Shown piece after piece: positions 18,079-27,344 of a DNA stretch of 30,981 nucleotides. Position 1 is the first letter of the stretch, and the number at the start of each line of letters is the position of its first letter. The stretch is from Ignavibacteria bacterium. Lineage in GTDB: Bacteria > Elusimicrobiota > Endomicrobiia > PHAN01. The notes under the pieces are model-generated. The model made no database searches, was not told the origin of the DNA, and saw nothing but the letters and a program-made list of their open reading frames with translations. The translations under genes and the position numbers were made by a program. The stretch is taken from NCBI GenBank assembly GCA_041694835.1, contig JBGFRZ010000066.1, positions 1 through 30,981 of the forward strand. Direction: 5' to 3'.

Positions 18079-18960
18079 TTAAACTATCTTTTCAGCGCAT
18101 CTGAGTTTTGCGGAACGGCTTCTTGGATTATTGTTTTTTTCGTCGTCTGAAGGCTCTATGGGTTTTTTGGTAATTATACTGTAATATCCATCACTCCGAC
18201 CTTCGCGGAATTTTTGCTTGACAAGTCTATCTTCTCCAGAATGATATGATATCACAACAACACGCGCATTCTTTTCAAGAATAGAAGGAACAACTTCAAT
18301 GAATTTCTCTATGTTTTCGAGCTCTCTGTTTACGCAAATTCTGAGCGATTGAAATACCTTTGTGGCGGGGTGGAGATTGTGTCGCATTCTTTGCGGATAA
18401 CACGATACGACTATATCCGACAGTTCTTTTGTTGAATTTATCATCTTCTTCTTTCTTATATCCACTATCCGTCTGGCTATTCTTCTCGAGAACTTCTCCT
18501 GTGCATATATGTAAAATATATCCGCAAGCTCTTCTTCGGAGAGAGTGTTTACAACATCGCGGGCCGTTAAAAATGTTCTTTTATCCATCCTCATATCAAG
18601 CGGAGCCTCCGACTTAAAACTGAAACCCCTTGCGGCTTCGTCCAATTGTATTGATGAGACCCCAAAATCCGCTATGACGCCAGAAACCTTATCTATACCC
18701 GATTCCGATAAAACTTCTCGAACAGCCGTATAACTTTTGTTGAAAAACTTTACTCTTTTTTTGTAATCGGACAAGTTGATTGACGCCATACCAAGTGCAT
18801 CCGAATCGACATCCATGCATATAATGCAACTTTCGGGATGAGCTTCAAGTACGGATTTTGCATGGCCTCCGCAACCGACCGTGGCATCCAAATACACCCC
18901 GGGTGACCTTAACTTCAAATAACTTACAACTTCCCGAACTAAAACCGGAACATGTGTCAT
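18079..18960 (-). CDS. rsmH: 16S rRNA m4C1402 methyltransferase
   Basis: HVPVL, DATVGCGGH, GVSSIQLD, PLDMRMD, SYHSGEDR, NPRSRSAKLR. Confidence 0.97.
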   Translation of the reverse strand: MTHVPVLVREVVSYLKLRSPGVYLDATVGCGGHAKSVLEAHPESCIICMDVDSDALGMASINLSDYKKRVKFFNKSYTAVREVLSESGIDKVSGVIADFGVSSIQLDEAARGFSFKSEAPLDMRMDKRTFLTARDVVNTLSEEELADIFYIYAQEKFSRRIARRIVDIRKKKMINSTKELSDIVVSCYPQRMRHNLHPATKVFQSLRICVNRELENIEKFIEVVPSILEKNARVVVISYHSGEDRLVKQKFREGRSDGYYSIITKKPIEPSDDEKNNNPRSRSAKLRCAEKIV

Positions 18961-18962
18961 CT

Positions 18963-19388
18963 TTATACGTCGAGTTTGTCCGAAAGCGATTTGAAGGCTT
19001 TTTCAGCGACGCTGGAAGAGTAATCCTTCCACCTCTTTGCGTCCCAGATTTCTATTCTGTCGCCCATGCCTATTATCGCGGTATTTTTTTTGATACCCGA
19101 ATACTCAAGCAGGTGCATGGGTAAAAGCAGCCGCCCCTGCCAATCTATTTTGTTTTCTGTGGCGCCGGCCAGCAAAATCCTTTTAAACGCCCTTTGCTGG
19201 GATTTATCCGACCACGAAAGCGATTCGAATTTTTCAAGCACTCGCAACCATGTGTTTTTGTCGAAAAGATAGAGAGAACGCTCGAAGCCTCTGGATATAA
19301 TGTAATGCGAATTTTTTGTTCGGAATTTTGATGGGATAAAAATTCTGTTTTTTTTATCTACGGAATGAAGGAAGAAACCTATATACAT
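18963..19388 (-). CDS. mraZ: Transcriptional regulator MraZ
   Basis: Two DxxxR motifs (DKKNR, DWQGR) and IEIWD; first gene of the dcw cluster. Confidence 0.95.
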   Translation of the reverse strand: MYIGFFLHSVDKKNRIFIPSKFRTKNSHYIISRGFERSLYLFDKNTWLRVLEKFESLSWSDKSQQRAFKRILLAGATENKIDWQGRLLLPMHLLEYSGIKKNTAIIGMGDRIEIWDAKRWKDYSSSVAEKAFKSLSDKLDV

Positions 19389-19403
19389 GTATCTTGAATT
19401 TTA

Positions 19404-19430
19404 AACACTTTTCACCACTTTACACCACTA
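19404..19430 (-). promoter_or_regulatory. MraZ-binding direct repeats
   Basis: Minus strand AGTGGTGTAA-AGTGGTGAAA-AGTGTT: three GTG(G/T) boxes at 10-nt spacing just upstream of mraZ. Confidence 0.75.
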
Positions 19431-19438
19431 TGGCATAA

Positions 19439-19467
19439 AGTTTATAAAATAATTCGGCCGTTGTCAA
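19439..19467 (-). promoter_or_regulatory. Putative sigma70 promoter of the dcw operon
   Basis: TTGACA (19467-19462), 17 nt spacer, TAAACT (19444-19439), immediately upstream of the MraZ boxes. Confidence 0.7.
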
Positions 19468-19507
19468 GTGTTTTTGAAAAAAAATCGGATGAAATGCTAC
19501 CGGAAGG

Positions 19508-19828
19508 TTATTTTTCAGGCTCTCTGCTTTTTTGGCTTAACTTTAATATAACTAATGCTGCAAGAATTATCGTAGTTATTTCGCTTATGATTGAGAGTTC
19601 TTCCCTTATATATCGGAGCCTGGCTCCGCAGTTGGTGCAATAGAATCTGGTCGGTGAGATTTTCCTTATTTCTTTGTGGCTGCAATTTTTTTTTCTGCTT
19701 TCGGCGATGTAGCCCCAGTAGTTTTTTTCTCTGTCTACAAACACCTTCCCCGTTAGACGGCCGAAAATATATCTCGCAAATTCGGCATAAGACTTCAACC
19801 TGTGAGACAGAAAAGCTAAAATATTCAT
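19508..19828 (-). CDS. Hypothetical 106-aa protein with CxH...CxxC motif and C-terminal TM
   Basis: Fills the rnpB-mraZ gap on the coding strand. Contains CSH-x12-CTNC and the hydrophobic tail IISEITTIILAALVILKL. Confidence 0.5.
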   Translation of the reverse strand: MNILAFLSHRLKSYAEFARYIFGRLTGKVFVDREKNYWGYIAESRKKNCSHKEIRKISPTRFYCTNCGARLRYIREELSIISEITTIILAALVILKLSQKSREPEK

Positions 19829-19841
19829 GACACAGAGCACT

Positions 19842-20296
19842 AGGCAGCCTATACCCCGGATTCTGTACTCCGATGTTAGAACCCGCCAAAAGCGGGAAAT
19901 GTCGGAGTGTGTATCATTACTCTGCCCCCGATGTCGCCATCGGGGTGAAGCGACCCACCTTTTTGGTCTTGCTCCCGGGTAAGGATTTAGCCGTTTCATC
20001 CCTGCATTACTGCAGGACTTTCCCCGATGTAACATCGGGGATGCTTAACCTTTCGGTCGAGCGCGTTTCTGTTCGCACCTCTATCCCACAACCTGCCTTT
20101 TTGCCAACAGGCAAAACTTTGTTTTCGAGGCGGGCGGTGGGATGGTGGGTGTTACCCACTACCTTTTCCCCACCACCTGTCTGTCGACCAAAGGTCGGCT
20201 TTGAAGTCGGCCCTTTCGAGCCAAAAACAGGTGGTGGGAATGGGAGTCCGGAATTTCCTCCCCGATGTAACATCGGGGCGATACACCGGCTGCCGA
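19842..20296 (-). ncRNA. rnpB: RNase P RNA (atypical architecture)
   Basis: Minus strand carries GAGGAAATTCCGGACTCC, AGGTGCGAACAGAAA, TGAAACGG..GGAGCAAG and ACAGAATCCGGGGTATAG. P1 is GGCAGCC/GGCTGCC and P2 is GTGTATC/GATACAC. Lies next to RNase H and zinc-ribbon genes. Confidence 0.92.
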
Positions 20297-20332
20297 ATCT
20301 ATAACAATAAGCGTTTATATTTTTGCTAAATT

Positions 20333-20764
20333 TTATATTTTTAAATTTATCGCTTTCTGTGCGAGTTTGTCGGCGATTTTATTTTTTTCTCTCGGTAACC
20401 ATTCGAAATTAACACTGCTGAAAATCCTGATTTTTCCGCGAACGACTTCGAACATCTCCTTCAATTTTTTATTCCTTATCCGATATTCTCCCTTTAGCTG
20501 TTTATACAAAACTTCGGAGTCAAGGTATATAAGCAAATCGGCGGCGCCAAATTCATTTGCCTTTTCGAGGGCAAATATAAGGGCGGAATACTCGGCCTGG
20601 TTGTTTGTTGCGACGCCGAGATATTTTGAAAATTTATTTATTACATTCCCATTGAAGTCGCACATAACGACGCCGGCAGCGGATTCACCCGGATTTCCCC
20701 TTGAGGCTCCGTCTATGTAAATTCTTAATCGCGAAAAATTCGTTTGCAACTTTGGTTGTAACAT
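20333..20764 (-). CDS. rnhA: Ribonuclease HI family protein
   Basis: IYIDGASRGNPG, TNNQAEY, YLDSE, PREKNKIADKLA. Start placed at ATG 20764, past the upstream stop. Confidence 0.9.
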   Translation of the reverse strand: MLQPKLQTNFSRLRIYIDGASRGNPGESAAGVVMCDFNGNVINKFSKYLGVATNNQAEYSALIFALEKANEFGAADLLIYLDSEVLYKQLKGEYRIRNKKLKEMFEVVRGKIRIFSSVNFEWLPREKNKIADKLAQKAINLKI

Positions 20765-20772
20765 CGAAAACT

Positions 20773-21522
20773 TTAAATTTTTGGAAGCCCTTCGGGTAAA
20801 TATAGTATTCTCGAACAGTTTTCGCACTTAACCAGATTTGAAGTATTTGACTCTTCATGATAAAGACGATAAAGCTCGTTAAGATTCTGATAGGACAAAT
20901 TCATATGGCAGCCGCCGCATCCGCGCCCCTCTACAGGAACAACGGCCACGCTGTTTTTCTTGCTTCTCAGTTGTTCATAACCCGAGACATAGTTTGAAGA
21001 GATCTTTGACGCGCAATCCTGTCTTCTCATCTGCAAGGAATCGAGTTCCTCTTTCATCTTCACAGCATCCGAGTTTAAAGACTTTATTCTGTCCTGTGCG
21101 TCGACTTCATGCTTTTTCAGTTCTTCAGACTTTTCGCCTATTTTTTTCGTCTCGGCATCTGTTTTCTCAAGGATACCGATAATAAAATCTTCTATCTCGG
21201 ATTTTAGCTTCTTGGCCGCTTCTATTTCGTCAAGAAGCGCCCTGTATGCCTGATTGGTCTTAACGAGATTAAGTTCCGTTGTGTGCTTTTTTATAGCCTG
21301 CTCGACTGTTTCGAGTTCAAGGTTTTTATTTCTCAACTCTATATGCAGTTTTTGTATCGTTCCTTTCTCCGCATCCAGAATCGCTTTCAACGCTTTTATT
21401 CGTTCGCTGATTTTCTCTATTTCTTTCGGTATGTCTTCTATCTTCGATATAAGTCCGCCGATTACAGTATCGAGTTTCTGCAATTCAACAAGGTTGTTCA
21501 ATTCTGTTAAGATTCCAGACAT
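20773..21522 (-). CDS. Coiled-coil protein with C4-type zinc ribbon (DUF164 / CT398-like)
   Basis: LVELQKLD start, long heptad coil, then CGGCHM...CENCSRILY. Confidence 0.9.
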   Translation of the reverse strand: MSGILTELNNLVELQKLDTVIGGLISKIEDIPKEIEKISERIKALKAILDAEKGTIQKLHIELRNKNLELETVEQAIKKHTTELNLVKTNQAYRALLDEIEAAKKLKSEIEDFIIGILEKTDAETKKIGEKSEELKKHEVDAQDRIKSLNSDAVKMKEELDSLQMRRQDCASKISSNYVSGYEQLRSKKNSVAVVPVEGRGCGGCHMNLSYQNLNELYRLYHEESNTSNLVKCENCSRILYLPEGLPKI

Positions 21523-21528
21523 AATTTT

Positions 21529-21638
21529 ACCCCGCGCCACAGAAAGCCCAGTCTGTAAAGACGGGGATGAAGGGGAACGGTTTTCCCGCAGGGTTATTCC
21601 CCGAAGCCGCGCCTGTAAAAGCGGGGTGCGGAGTTTAC
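21529..21638. repeat. Composite REP-like element: two AAGCC..CTGTAAA..CGGGG units 60 nt apart around a GGGGAA/TTCCCC stem
   Basis: Units at 21544-21566 and 21604-21626. The end GTGCGGAGTTTAC is nearly the reverse complement of GTAAACTCCGCGC at ~26920. Confidence 0.55.
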
Positions 21639-21667
21639 TAATGACTTCAACTTGCAGTCGGAGACAT

Positions 21668-21741
21668 TGGGCTCGTCCAGATTCGAACTGGAGACCTCTA
21701 CGGTGTGAGCATAGCGCTCTAACCAGCTGAGCTACGAGCCC
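21668..21741 (-). tRNA. tRNA-Val(CAC), CCA not encoded
   Basis: GGGCTCG/CGAGCCC acceptor stem, D arm TAGCTCAGCTGGTTAGAGC, anticodon arm CTATG-CTCACAC-CGTAG, T loop GTTCGAATC. Confidence 0.93.
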
Positions 21742-21883
21742 GTCTCTGAGATCGCGAACGAAAGGCTCTCACGATTAAGCCCATCGGCGACTAACGTGCT
21801 TTGAATACTTTCGAAGGAAAACCGCTCGGCGCTCACCAACCCTATGGTGCCCTTTTAATAAATGTGCATAAAAAAATTTGGCC

Positions 21884-21960
21884 CCGTTAGAAATTTCTGA
21901 TGGATGCGTATTTGAGTGAAACTTTTAGTTTCTGCCTAAGAAGTGAGAAATTTCTAACGG
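21884..21960. repeat. Small palindromic element with perfect 15-bp inverted ends
   Basis: CCGTTAGAAATTTCT (21884-21898) and AGAAATTTCTAACGG (21946-21960). Confidence 0.75.
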
Positions 21961-21962
21961 TG

Positions 21963-22036
21963 TGGGCCCGGTAGGACTTGAACCCACGACCCGTCGATTA
22001 TGAGTCGACTGCTCTAACCAACTGAGCTACGGGCCC
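21963..22036 (-). tRNA. tRNA-Ile2(CAT) (lysidine type), CCA not encoded
   Basis: GGGCCCGTAGCTCAGTTGGTTAGAGCAGTCGACTCATAATCGAC... has a CAT anticodon, a G1-C72 pair and no initiator GGG/CCC anticodon stem. Position after rpoD fits Ile2; elongator Met cannot be fully excluded. Confidence 0.85.
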
Positions 22037-22253
22037 GCTTTTTTAAATTATAGTTTAGCAAAAAAACTCCTCATCAGTCAAACAAAAAAACATTGACCGC
22101 AGAGTTTGTGGAAAATGCAGAGAATGAAGTTTCAAAAGTTCCAAATTCATCCCGCCAATGCGGGACAGGTCTAGACCTTGAAACATTGAACCTTGAAACC
22201 TGAAACTTCTTGATTTTATGTCTTTATGGCCGCTGCGGTATCCTTGGTTGGTG

Positions 22254-23972
22254 CTATATGTATTCCTTGAGATATTTGCTTCTGGAAGGATGCTTCAATT
22301 TTCTCAAAACTTTTGCCTCTATCTGACGGACGCGCTCCCTTGTTATGTTAAAAGCCTGCCCAACTTCCTCAAGCGTCCTCTGATGGCCGCCGTCGAGACC
22401 GAATCTCATCCTGATAATCTCGGCCTCCCTCGGATACAATGTGGAGAGAACTTTTTCTATATCAAGCCTGAGACGCAGCTGATGGAGGGCGCGATTGGGA
22501 GAAAGACTGTTTTGATCTTCAATCAAATCCTCCATGCGGGTTCCTTCATCATCGTCTATGGGATTTGACATTGATACCGGCTCCTGCATAAGGGAGAGTA
22601 TCTCGCGCGTCTCCTGGGCATTTAATCTTAAACACTTCGCGTATTCGTATATGTTGGGCTCCTTAGCGTATTCTTGCTGATATTTTCTCCTGATTTTCGA
22701 TATCTTCGAGATCATCTCTTTTTTGTGGACGGGTATCCTTATCGTCCTGCCATGGTCGGCTATGGCTCTGTTTATCGACTGCCTTATCCACCAGGTTGCA
22801 TAAGTTGAAAACTTAAATCCTCTTTTCCATTCAAATTTTTCAACCGCTCTCATAAGGCCGTGATTACCTTCCTGAATTAAATCGGCTAATTCCAATGGAC
22901 TCTGACTTATGTATTTTTTCGCTATAGAAACCACAAGCCGCAAATTGGCGCTTGTAAGTTTCGATTTATCCTGATGAATTTGTCTTTCAAGATCTTCTAT
23001 CTTTTGTTTTATGTAAAAAAGTTCGGTTGACTGTATGGGGATTGTGGACTCGAAATCTTTTAGATGTTGGGCGGACGCGCAATACTGCCGATGCATCTTA
23101 TCGCTCAAAGATGCCGCAACAAATGTTCTCTTTTCAAACTCCCGTGAAGTGATTTTTCTCTTTTGTAATTTCGAGTGCAACTCCCTGAACTCCGGGAAAG
23201 GAACCGACATCCTTTTTTCTATGTTTGTCATAGCTTTTTTCAGTTCCAAACCCTTATCGGCCAGTGTTTTTATCTTGTTTATAAGACGTTTTATCTTGCT
23301 CTGGTTCAAGTTGAGCGATATAATCTGATTTAGCAGAGTCAGCTTTATCGCTTCAACCTTTTTCGTGATTTTGTCGTGCTGAACTTTTGGAAGTCTCTTT
23401 GATTTCAATTCTTCAAAAAGTTTGTTCATGGTCTTTTCCATTCTATTTATGGAATAGACGACTTTTTTTATTTTGCTCCTCATATAAGCAAGTTGGTTGT
23501 CGGATTTCCTGCCGCGCTGCATCAGCTCCTTTTCGGTCATCTCTTCCTGGTCAATCAGAGCCGCCCAGTTTTTTATTTCTTTGAATATTATCGGGGAAGA
23601 AAGTATAAGAAGCTCAAGATGCCTTTCATTTTCCCTTATTTTCTTCGCCAGAACCATCTCCTCTTCCCAGTTAAGCAATGGGGTCTTCGCCGTCTCCCTC
23701 AGATACATCCTGACAGGATTATCAAGCGATTCTTTGTCTATGGCGGATGTTATCTCAGATGCACCGTGAGGGGTGGGTGGGAGGGAAGCAGTCGCTTCCG
23801 GTTTGTCATCCGCCGTTATCCCGGATTCGGCGAGAATCCTGAAGAGCTTGTCTATGAATTCTCCTGAAATATACTCGAGAGGAAGCCTTGAATTTATCTC
23901 ATCGTACGAGATATGGTTGCCGTGAGATTTTGCGTAATTGATTATTTCCCTTATGATTTTTGATTCGGTCAT
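22254..23972 (-). CDS. rpoD: Primary RNA polymerase sigma factor
   Basis: Region 1.1, DNPVRMYL, non-conserved region, [33 protein letters not shown]; downstream of dnaG. Confidence 0.96.
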   Translation of the reverse strand: MTESKIIREIINYAKSHGNHISYDEINSRLPLEYISGEFIDKLFRILAESGITADDKPEATASLPPTPHGASEITSAIDKESLDNPVRMYLRETAKTPLLNWEEEMVLAKKIRENERHLELLILSSPIIFKEIKNWAALIDQEEMTEKELMQRGRKSDNQLAYMRSKIKKVVYSINRMEKTMNKLFEELKSKRLPKVQHDKITKKVEAIKLTLLNQIISLNLNQSKIKRLINKIKTLADKGLELKKAMTNIEKRMSVPFPEFRELHSKLQKRKITSREFEKRTFVAASLSDKMHRQYCASAQHLKDFESTIPIQSTELFYIKQKIEDLERQIHQDKSKLTSANLRLVVSIAKKYISQSPLELADLIQEGNHGLMRAVEKFEWKRGFKFSTYATWWIRQSINRAIADHGRTIRIPVHKKEMISKISKIRRKYQQEYAKEPNIYEYAKCLRLNAQETREILSLMQEPVSMSNPIDDDEGTRMEDLIEDQNSLSPNRALHQLRLRLDIEKVLSTLYPREAEIIRMRFGLDGGHQRTLEEVGQAFNITRERVRQIEAKVLRKLKHPSRSKYLKEYI

Positions 23973-23976
23973 AAAA

Positions 23977-25713
23977 TCAATTTGTTTGCGCCAAAGAATT
24001 TTTCAGAGTTTTTGTCAGATTGGAATACTCCTCGTACCTGGCTTTGTCTATATTGCCGGACGAAATCATATTCTTGACCTCGTCTTCAAGAACCTTCTGT
24101 CTTGTCTTGAGAATGGCATAATTCATCTCACTATAGATTTTTTCCACGCATTCCTCGATATTTACGTTTATTTCAAGCATGGAAATCTCCGTGAACCAAT
24201 TTTTCATATCGTCGGGAAGTTCGTTCAAAAGCATATTGAAGTCGAGCTTTTTTTGTTCTGAAAACTTCTCGTTTATTTTGCTCCAAACAAGCATACATCT
24301 TTTGTCCAGAAACATCTCTCCCTTGAATTTTGTGGAATACCCGGGCATGTTTATAAGGATGTTTATGAGGGTCTCTTCGCCAGTTAAAACCCGCACATCA
24401 TTTAATTTTATTACTTCCGGGGAATTTCCATAGTCGGGTTTCTTCCAACCAGAATATTCCGCGCACACAAGATTGATATCCACGTCGAGCCTTTCGGATG
24501 CTGTCTTCAGCGCATCCTGAGCGACGAGCGGACTTTTTATTTTTGAGATGTTTTTGAATAATTCTCTAAGTATTTTCACTTTTTTATCGGATATCTCGGC
24601 GCCGACAGTATTCGCAAGATATTCGCAGTGAAATTCAAAAAAATCTTTTTTGTTCCTGCGGATATAATCCACGAACGAATCCTTGCCCTTCAATGCCAGA
24701 AAATCGTCGGGGTCGCATCCATCCGGCAAAGAAACTATAAAGAACTTCGTCTCCGTGTCAAGAAGGTTTTCGGCCGCCCGTATCGCGGCCCTGACTCCGG
24801 CGTCGTCCGAATCGAATATCAGAGCCAACCTTTCAATATATTTTTTTATGATGTTGACATGGGCAGAAGTCAGAGCGACCCCCAGGCAGGAAACCGTGTT
24901 CAAAAGGCCGTGCTGGTGAGAAGCTATGACATCCATGTATCCTTCCACGACTATGACCTCTCTCGTTTTTTTTATGGTCTCAAGCCCATCACTGAAGCCG
25001 TAGAGGTTTGAGCCCTTTGTAAATATTGTAGTCTCAGGCGTGTTGAGATATTTCGGCTGGCGAGAGTCGTCCACCGTTCTTCCGCCAAAAGCTATAACCC
25101 TGCCTTTAGTATCCTTTATGGGGAAAACTATCCTTCCGCTCATGTATTCAAAAATGTTTCCGTCAGATATTCTTATTAAACCGCTTTTGGCAAGAACGAA
25201 TTTGTCGAAGCCGGATTTCGCCATCGCGGCTGGCACATCGCCCCGACTAAAACCGATCTGAAATTTTCTTATGATTTCTTCCGAAAGTGCCCGGGACTTC
25301 AGATATCCAAGCGCATTTTTACCTTCATATGTCTCAAAGAGTTGCTTCTGATAGTGCTCGACGGCATTTTGCAAAGCGTCGTAGAGTTTTTGATTTTCTT
25401 TTTCGACAAAGGATGGTCTATCTACAACCTCGACACCAACAATCTCGCCGAGTTTTTTCACCGCTTCGGGCCAGGTAATATTTTCATATAGCTGGATGAA
25501 CTTAAAAACATCGCCCGATTTTTGACAACCAAAGCAGTGGAATATTCCTTTCTGTCTGCTGACTGTGAACGACGGGGTTTTTTCAGGATGGAACGGGCAA
25601 AGAGCCACATGGTTTCTGCCAGCTTTTTTCAGAGACGGGAGATACTTTTCGACAACATCTACTATGTCGGCCTTCAACCTGATTTCTTCTATGGTTTTTT
25701 GAATTATCGACAT
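23977..25713 (-). CDS. dnaG: DNA primase
   Basis: CPFH..CFGC zinc finger, [23 protein letters not shown] / DSDDAG / DPD. Confidence 0.98.
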   Translation of the reverse strand: MSIIQKTIEEIRLKADIVDVVEKYLPSLKKAGRNHVALCPFHPEKTPSFTVSRQKGIFHCFGCQKSGDVFKFIQLYENITWPEAVKKLGEIVGVEVVDRPSFVEKENQKLYDALQNAVEHYQKQLFETYEGKNALGYLKSRALSEEIIRKFQIGFSRGDVPAAMAKSGFDKFVLAKSGLIRISDGNIFEYMSGRIVFPIKDTKGRVIAFGGRTVDDSRQPKYLNTPETTIFTKGSNLYGFSDGLETIKKTREVIVVEGYMDVIASHQHGLLNTVSCLGVALTSAHVNIIKKYIERLALIFDSDDAGVRAAIRAAENLLDTETKFFIVSLPDGCDPDDFLALKGKDSFVDYIRRNKKDFFEFHCEYLANTVGAEISDKKVKILRELFKNISKIKSPLVAQDALKTASERLDVDINLVCAEYSGWKKPDYGNSPEVIKLNDVRVLTGEETLINILINMPGYSTKFKGEMFLDKRCMLVWSKINEKFSEQKKLDFNMLLNELPDDMKNWFTEISMLEINVNIEECVEKIYSEMNYAILKTRQKVLEDEVKNMISSGNIDKARYEEYSNLTKTLKNSLAQTN

Positions 25714-25716
25714 GTA

Positions 25717-26700
25717 TTATCCCTGCCCGACGGCAGGCGCAGGGCGATTTATTCTTCTAAAGCCCGAGCAATCTATCGTCTCGATCGCGCCAATTTTTTT
25801 TTCGATTTCGTCAAAAAGAAGGTTCAACCCCAGGTTATCGGAGGAGATATGACCGGCTATTATCGCGTTTATGTGATTTTCCTTCGCTTTCTTGAAATGC
25901 TCCTCGCTCATATGCATAGCTATTATGGTTCCGACACCCGATGTCTGAAGACTGGCAAACACATCTTTCGACCCCTCCGTTCCGCCTGTCATGTCCACAA
26001 AAATCTTCCCGGCCCGGGCTTCCTTATCGCCTATAAGAATAAACGGTCCGCCACCTTCCTTCTTTGCGAGTTCATATTCGGGAATTTTTACAAGCAAATC
26101 CAAGACATCGCCGAGACATTCAGGCATTTTTTCTTCAACTAGACCGCTCAAAAATGACGAAACCATGTTGTCAGCCGGAGTGTGAATACATAAAAACGGA
26201 ATATTCAAAAGTTTGGCCGCGTCCACCGCTCTTTGATGATTGGCGGGAGCCACCTTTCTTGAAACCTCGGCTTTGCGATCCAATGTCAGAGACTCCGAAA
26301 CGTTTATCGGAACGCCGACTTTGTTTAATATATCCGCCTGCATTCCCATGACTTCATAAAACCGGGCGTATGCCCGGCCTTCGGGATGATGACTTATCGC
26401 GGCGTCAATTCTCCTGCCACTTTGCCTGAGAGAGTGAGCAATCATAATTTCGGGTGATTCGATGTCAATGCCAACAATCACCGACTTCACAACATCGGCA
26501 TCATTTCCATTTAGTATTCTGGTGTCGGCATAAGGGTTTTCGAGTTTCTCCAAATCGTAATCGGATTTTTCCTTTTCCGGCAGGTTTTTATATTTCTCTA
26601 ACTCTCTTTTCAAAAGATTTCTGACCGTTCCTTCGCCCCTGGGATCGAACGAAATGCCAACTTCAACCATTTGTTTGTAGATTTCTTTTAGCGTGGCCAT
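25717..26700 (-). CDS. NIF3-like (NGG1p-interacting factor 3) metal-binding protein
   Basis: VGID, SHHPEG, HTPADN, DMTGGTEG, IAGHISSD motifs. Confidence 0.8.
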   Translation of the reverse strand: MATLKEIYKQMVEVGISFDPRGEGTVRNLLKRELEKYKNLPEKEKSDYDLEKLENPYADTRILNGNDADVVKSVIVGIDIESPEIMIAHSLRQSGRRIDAAISHHPEGRAYARFYEVMGMQADILNKVGVPINVSESLTLDRKAEVSRKVAPANHQRAVDAAKLLNIPFLCIHTPADNMVSSFLSGLVEEKMPECLGDVLDLLVKIPEYELAKKEGGGPFILIGDKEARAGKIFVDMTGGTEGSKDVFASLQTSGVGTIIAMHMSEEHFKKAKENHINAIIAGHISSDNLGLNLLFDEIEKKIGAIETIDCSGFRRINRPAPAVGQG

Positions 26701-26782
26701 AAACGGAATACCCCTGTTTTAAAAATTAGGTGGATAAATGATTAGATTGAGCCAAAAACACCAACGGCTCAGCCCCCGTCAG

Positions 26783-26996
26783 TAGTGCTCTGTCTCTTTA
26801 ATATCTGCTCTTTCAGCGGTGCTTCCATTAAATCCCCATTAAATCCCCCTTTTATTCCCCCTTTAATAAAGGGGGGAAGGGGGGATTTAGGGGGAAGCCC
26901 CGCACAATAACTGTGCGGGGTAAACTCCGCGCAGGGGGATTTGCAAAGTGGGATTGTGCCGTCGGTATTGACAGTTATTTGCGAAACAGAGCACTA
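26783..26996. mobile_element. Degenerate MITE with nested palindromes, related to the 9471 element
   Basis: Ends TAGTGCTCTGTCTC / GAAACAGAGCACTA match at 13 of 14 positions. The right end read inward (TAGTGCTCTGTTTCGCAAATAAC) resembles TAGTGTCCTGTCCCGCAAATACC. Internal CCCCCTTTA-A-TAAAGGGGG and CCCCGCACA..TGTGCGGGG hairpins. Confidence 0.7.
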
Positions 26997-27036
26997 TCAC
27001 ATTCGTGAAATATGCAATTTGTATCGGCCTTAAACT

Positions 27037-27249
27037 TTATCCTCTTTTTAAACTATATGACGATTTATACGATCTGCGTCTGAGCTTCCTTTTGAGCTCA
27101 TTTTTTTTCTCTTTTTTGACGACGCTTGGCGGCTTGTAGTACTCCCTCTTTCTTATTTCCTGCAAAACGCCGTGCTTCTCACATTCGCGCTTAAACCTGC
27201 GTAAAGCCTCCTCAATTGATTCCCCTTGTCGCACTAGAACATTAACCAT
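27037..27249 (-). CDS. rpsU: 30S ribosomal protein bS21
   Basis: V.VRQGESIEEALRRFKR...RKREYYKPPS. Confidence 0.96.
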   Translation of the reverse strand: MVNVLVRQGESIEEALRRFKRECEKHGVLQEIRKREYYKPPSVVKKEKKNELKRKLRRRSYKSSYSLKRG

Positions 27250-27344
27250 TTTTTATTTACACCGCCTTTCAGTTTATTCTTTATTCCGCAATAAATTGTT
27301 CACGACTCGTTGCTTGTGAGTTTATCGCACAGCAAAGCAGTAGC

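Noticed and set aside
19926-20278. Repeated CCCCGATG..CATCGGGG as a CRISPR array
   Set aside because: Spacing is irregular, the units lie within rnpB helices, and there are no cas genes.
19829-20304. ORFs 19873..20304 (+), 20007..20273 (-) and the N-terminal extension of 19508..20035
   Set aside because: They overlap the RNase P RNA and are incidental open frames in GC-rich structured RNA.
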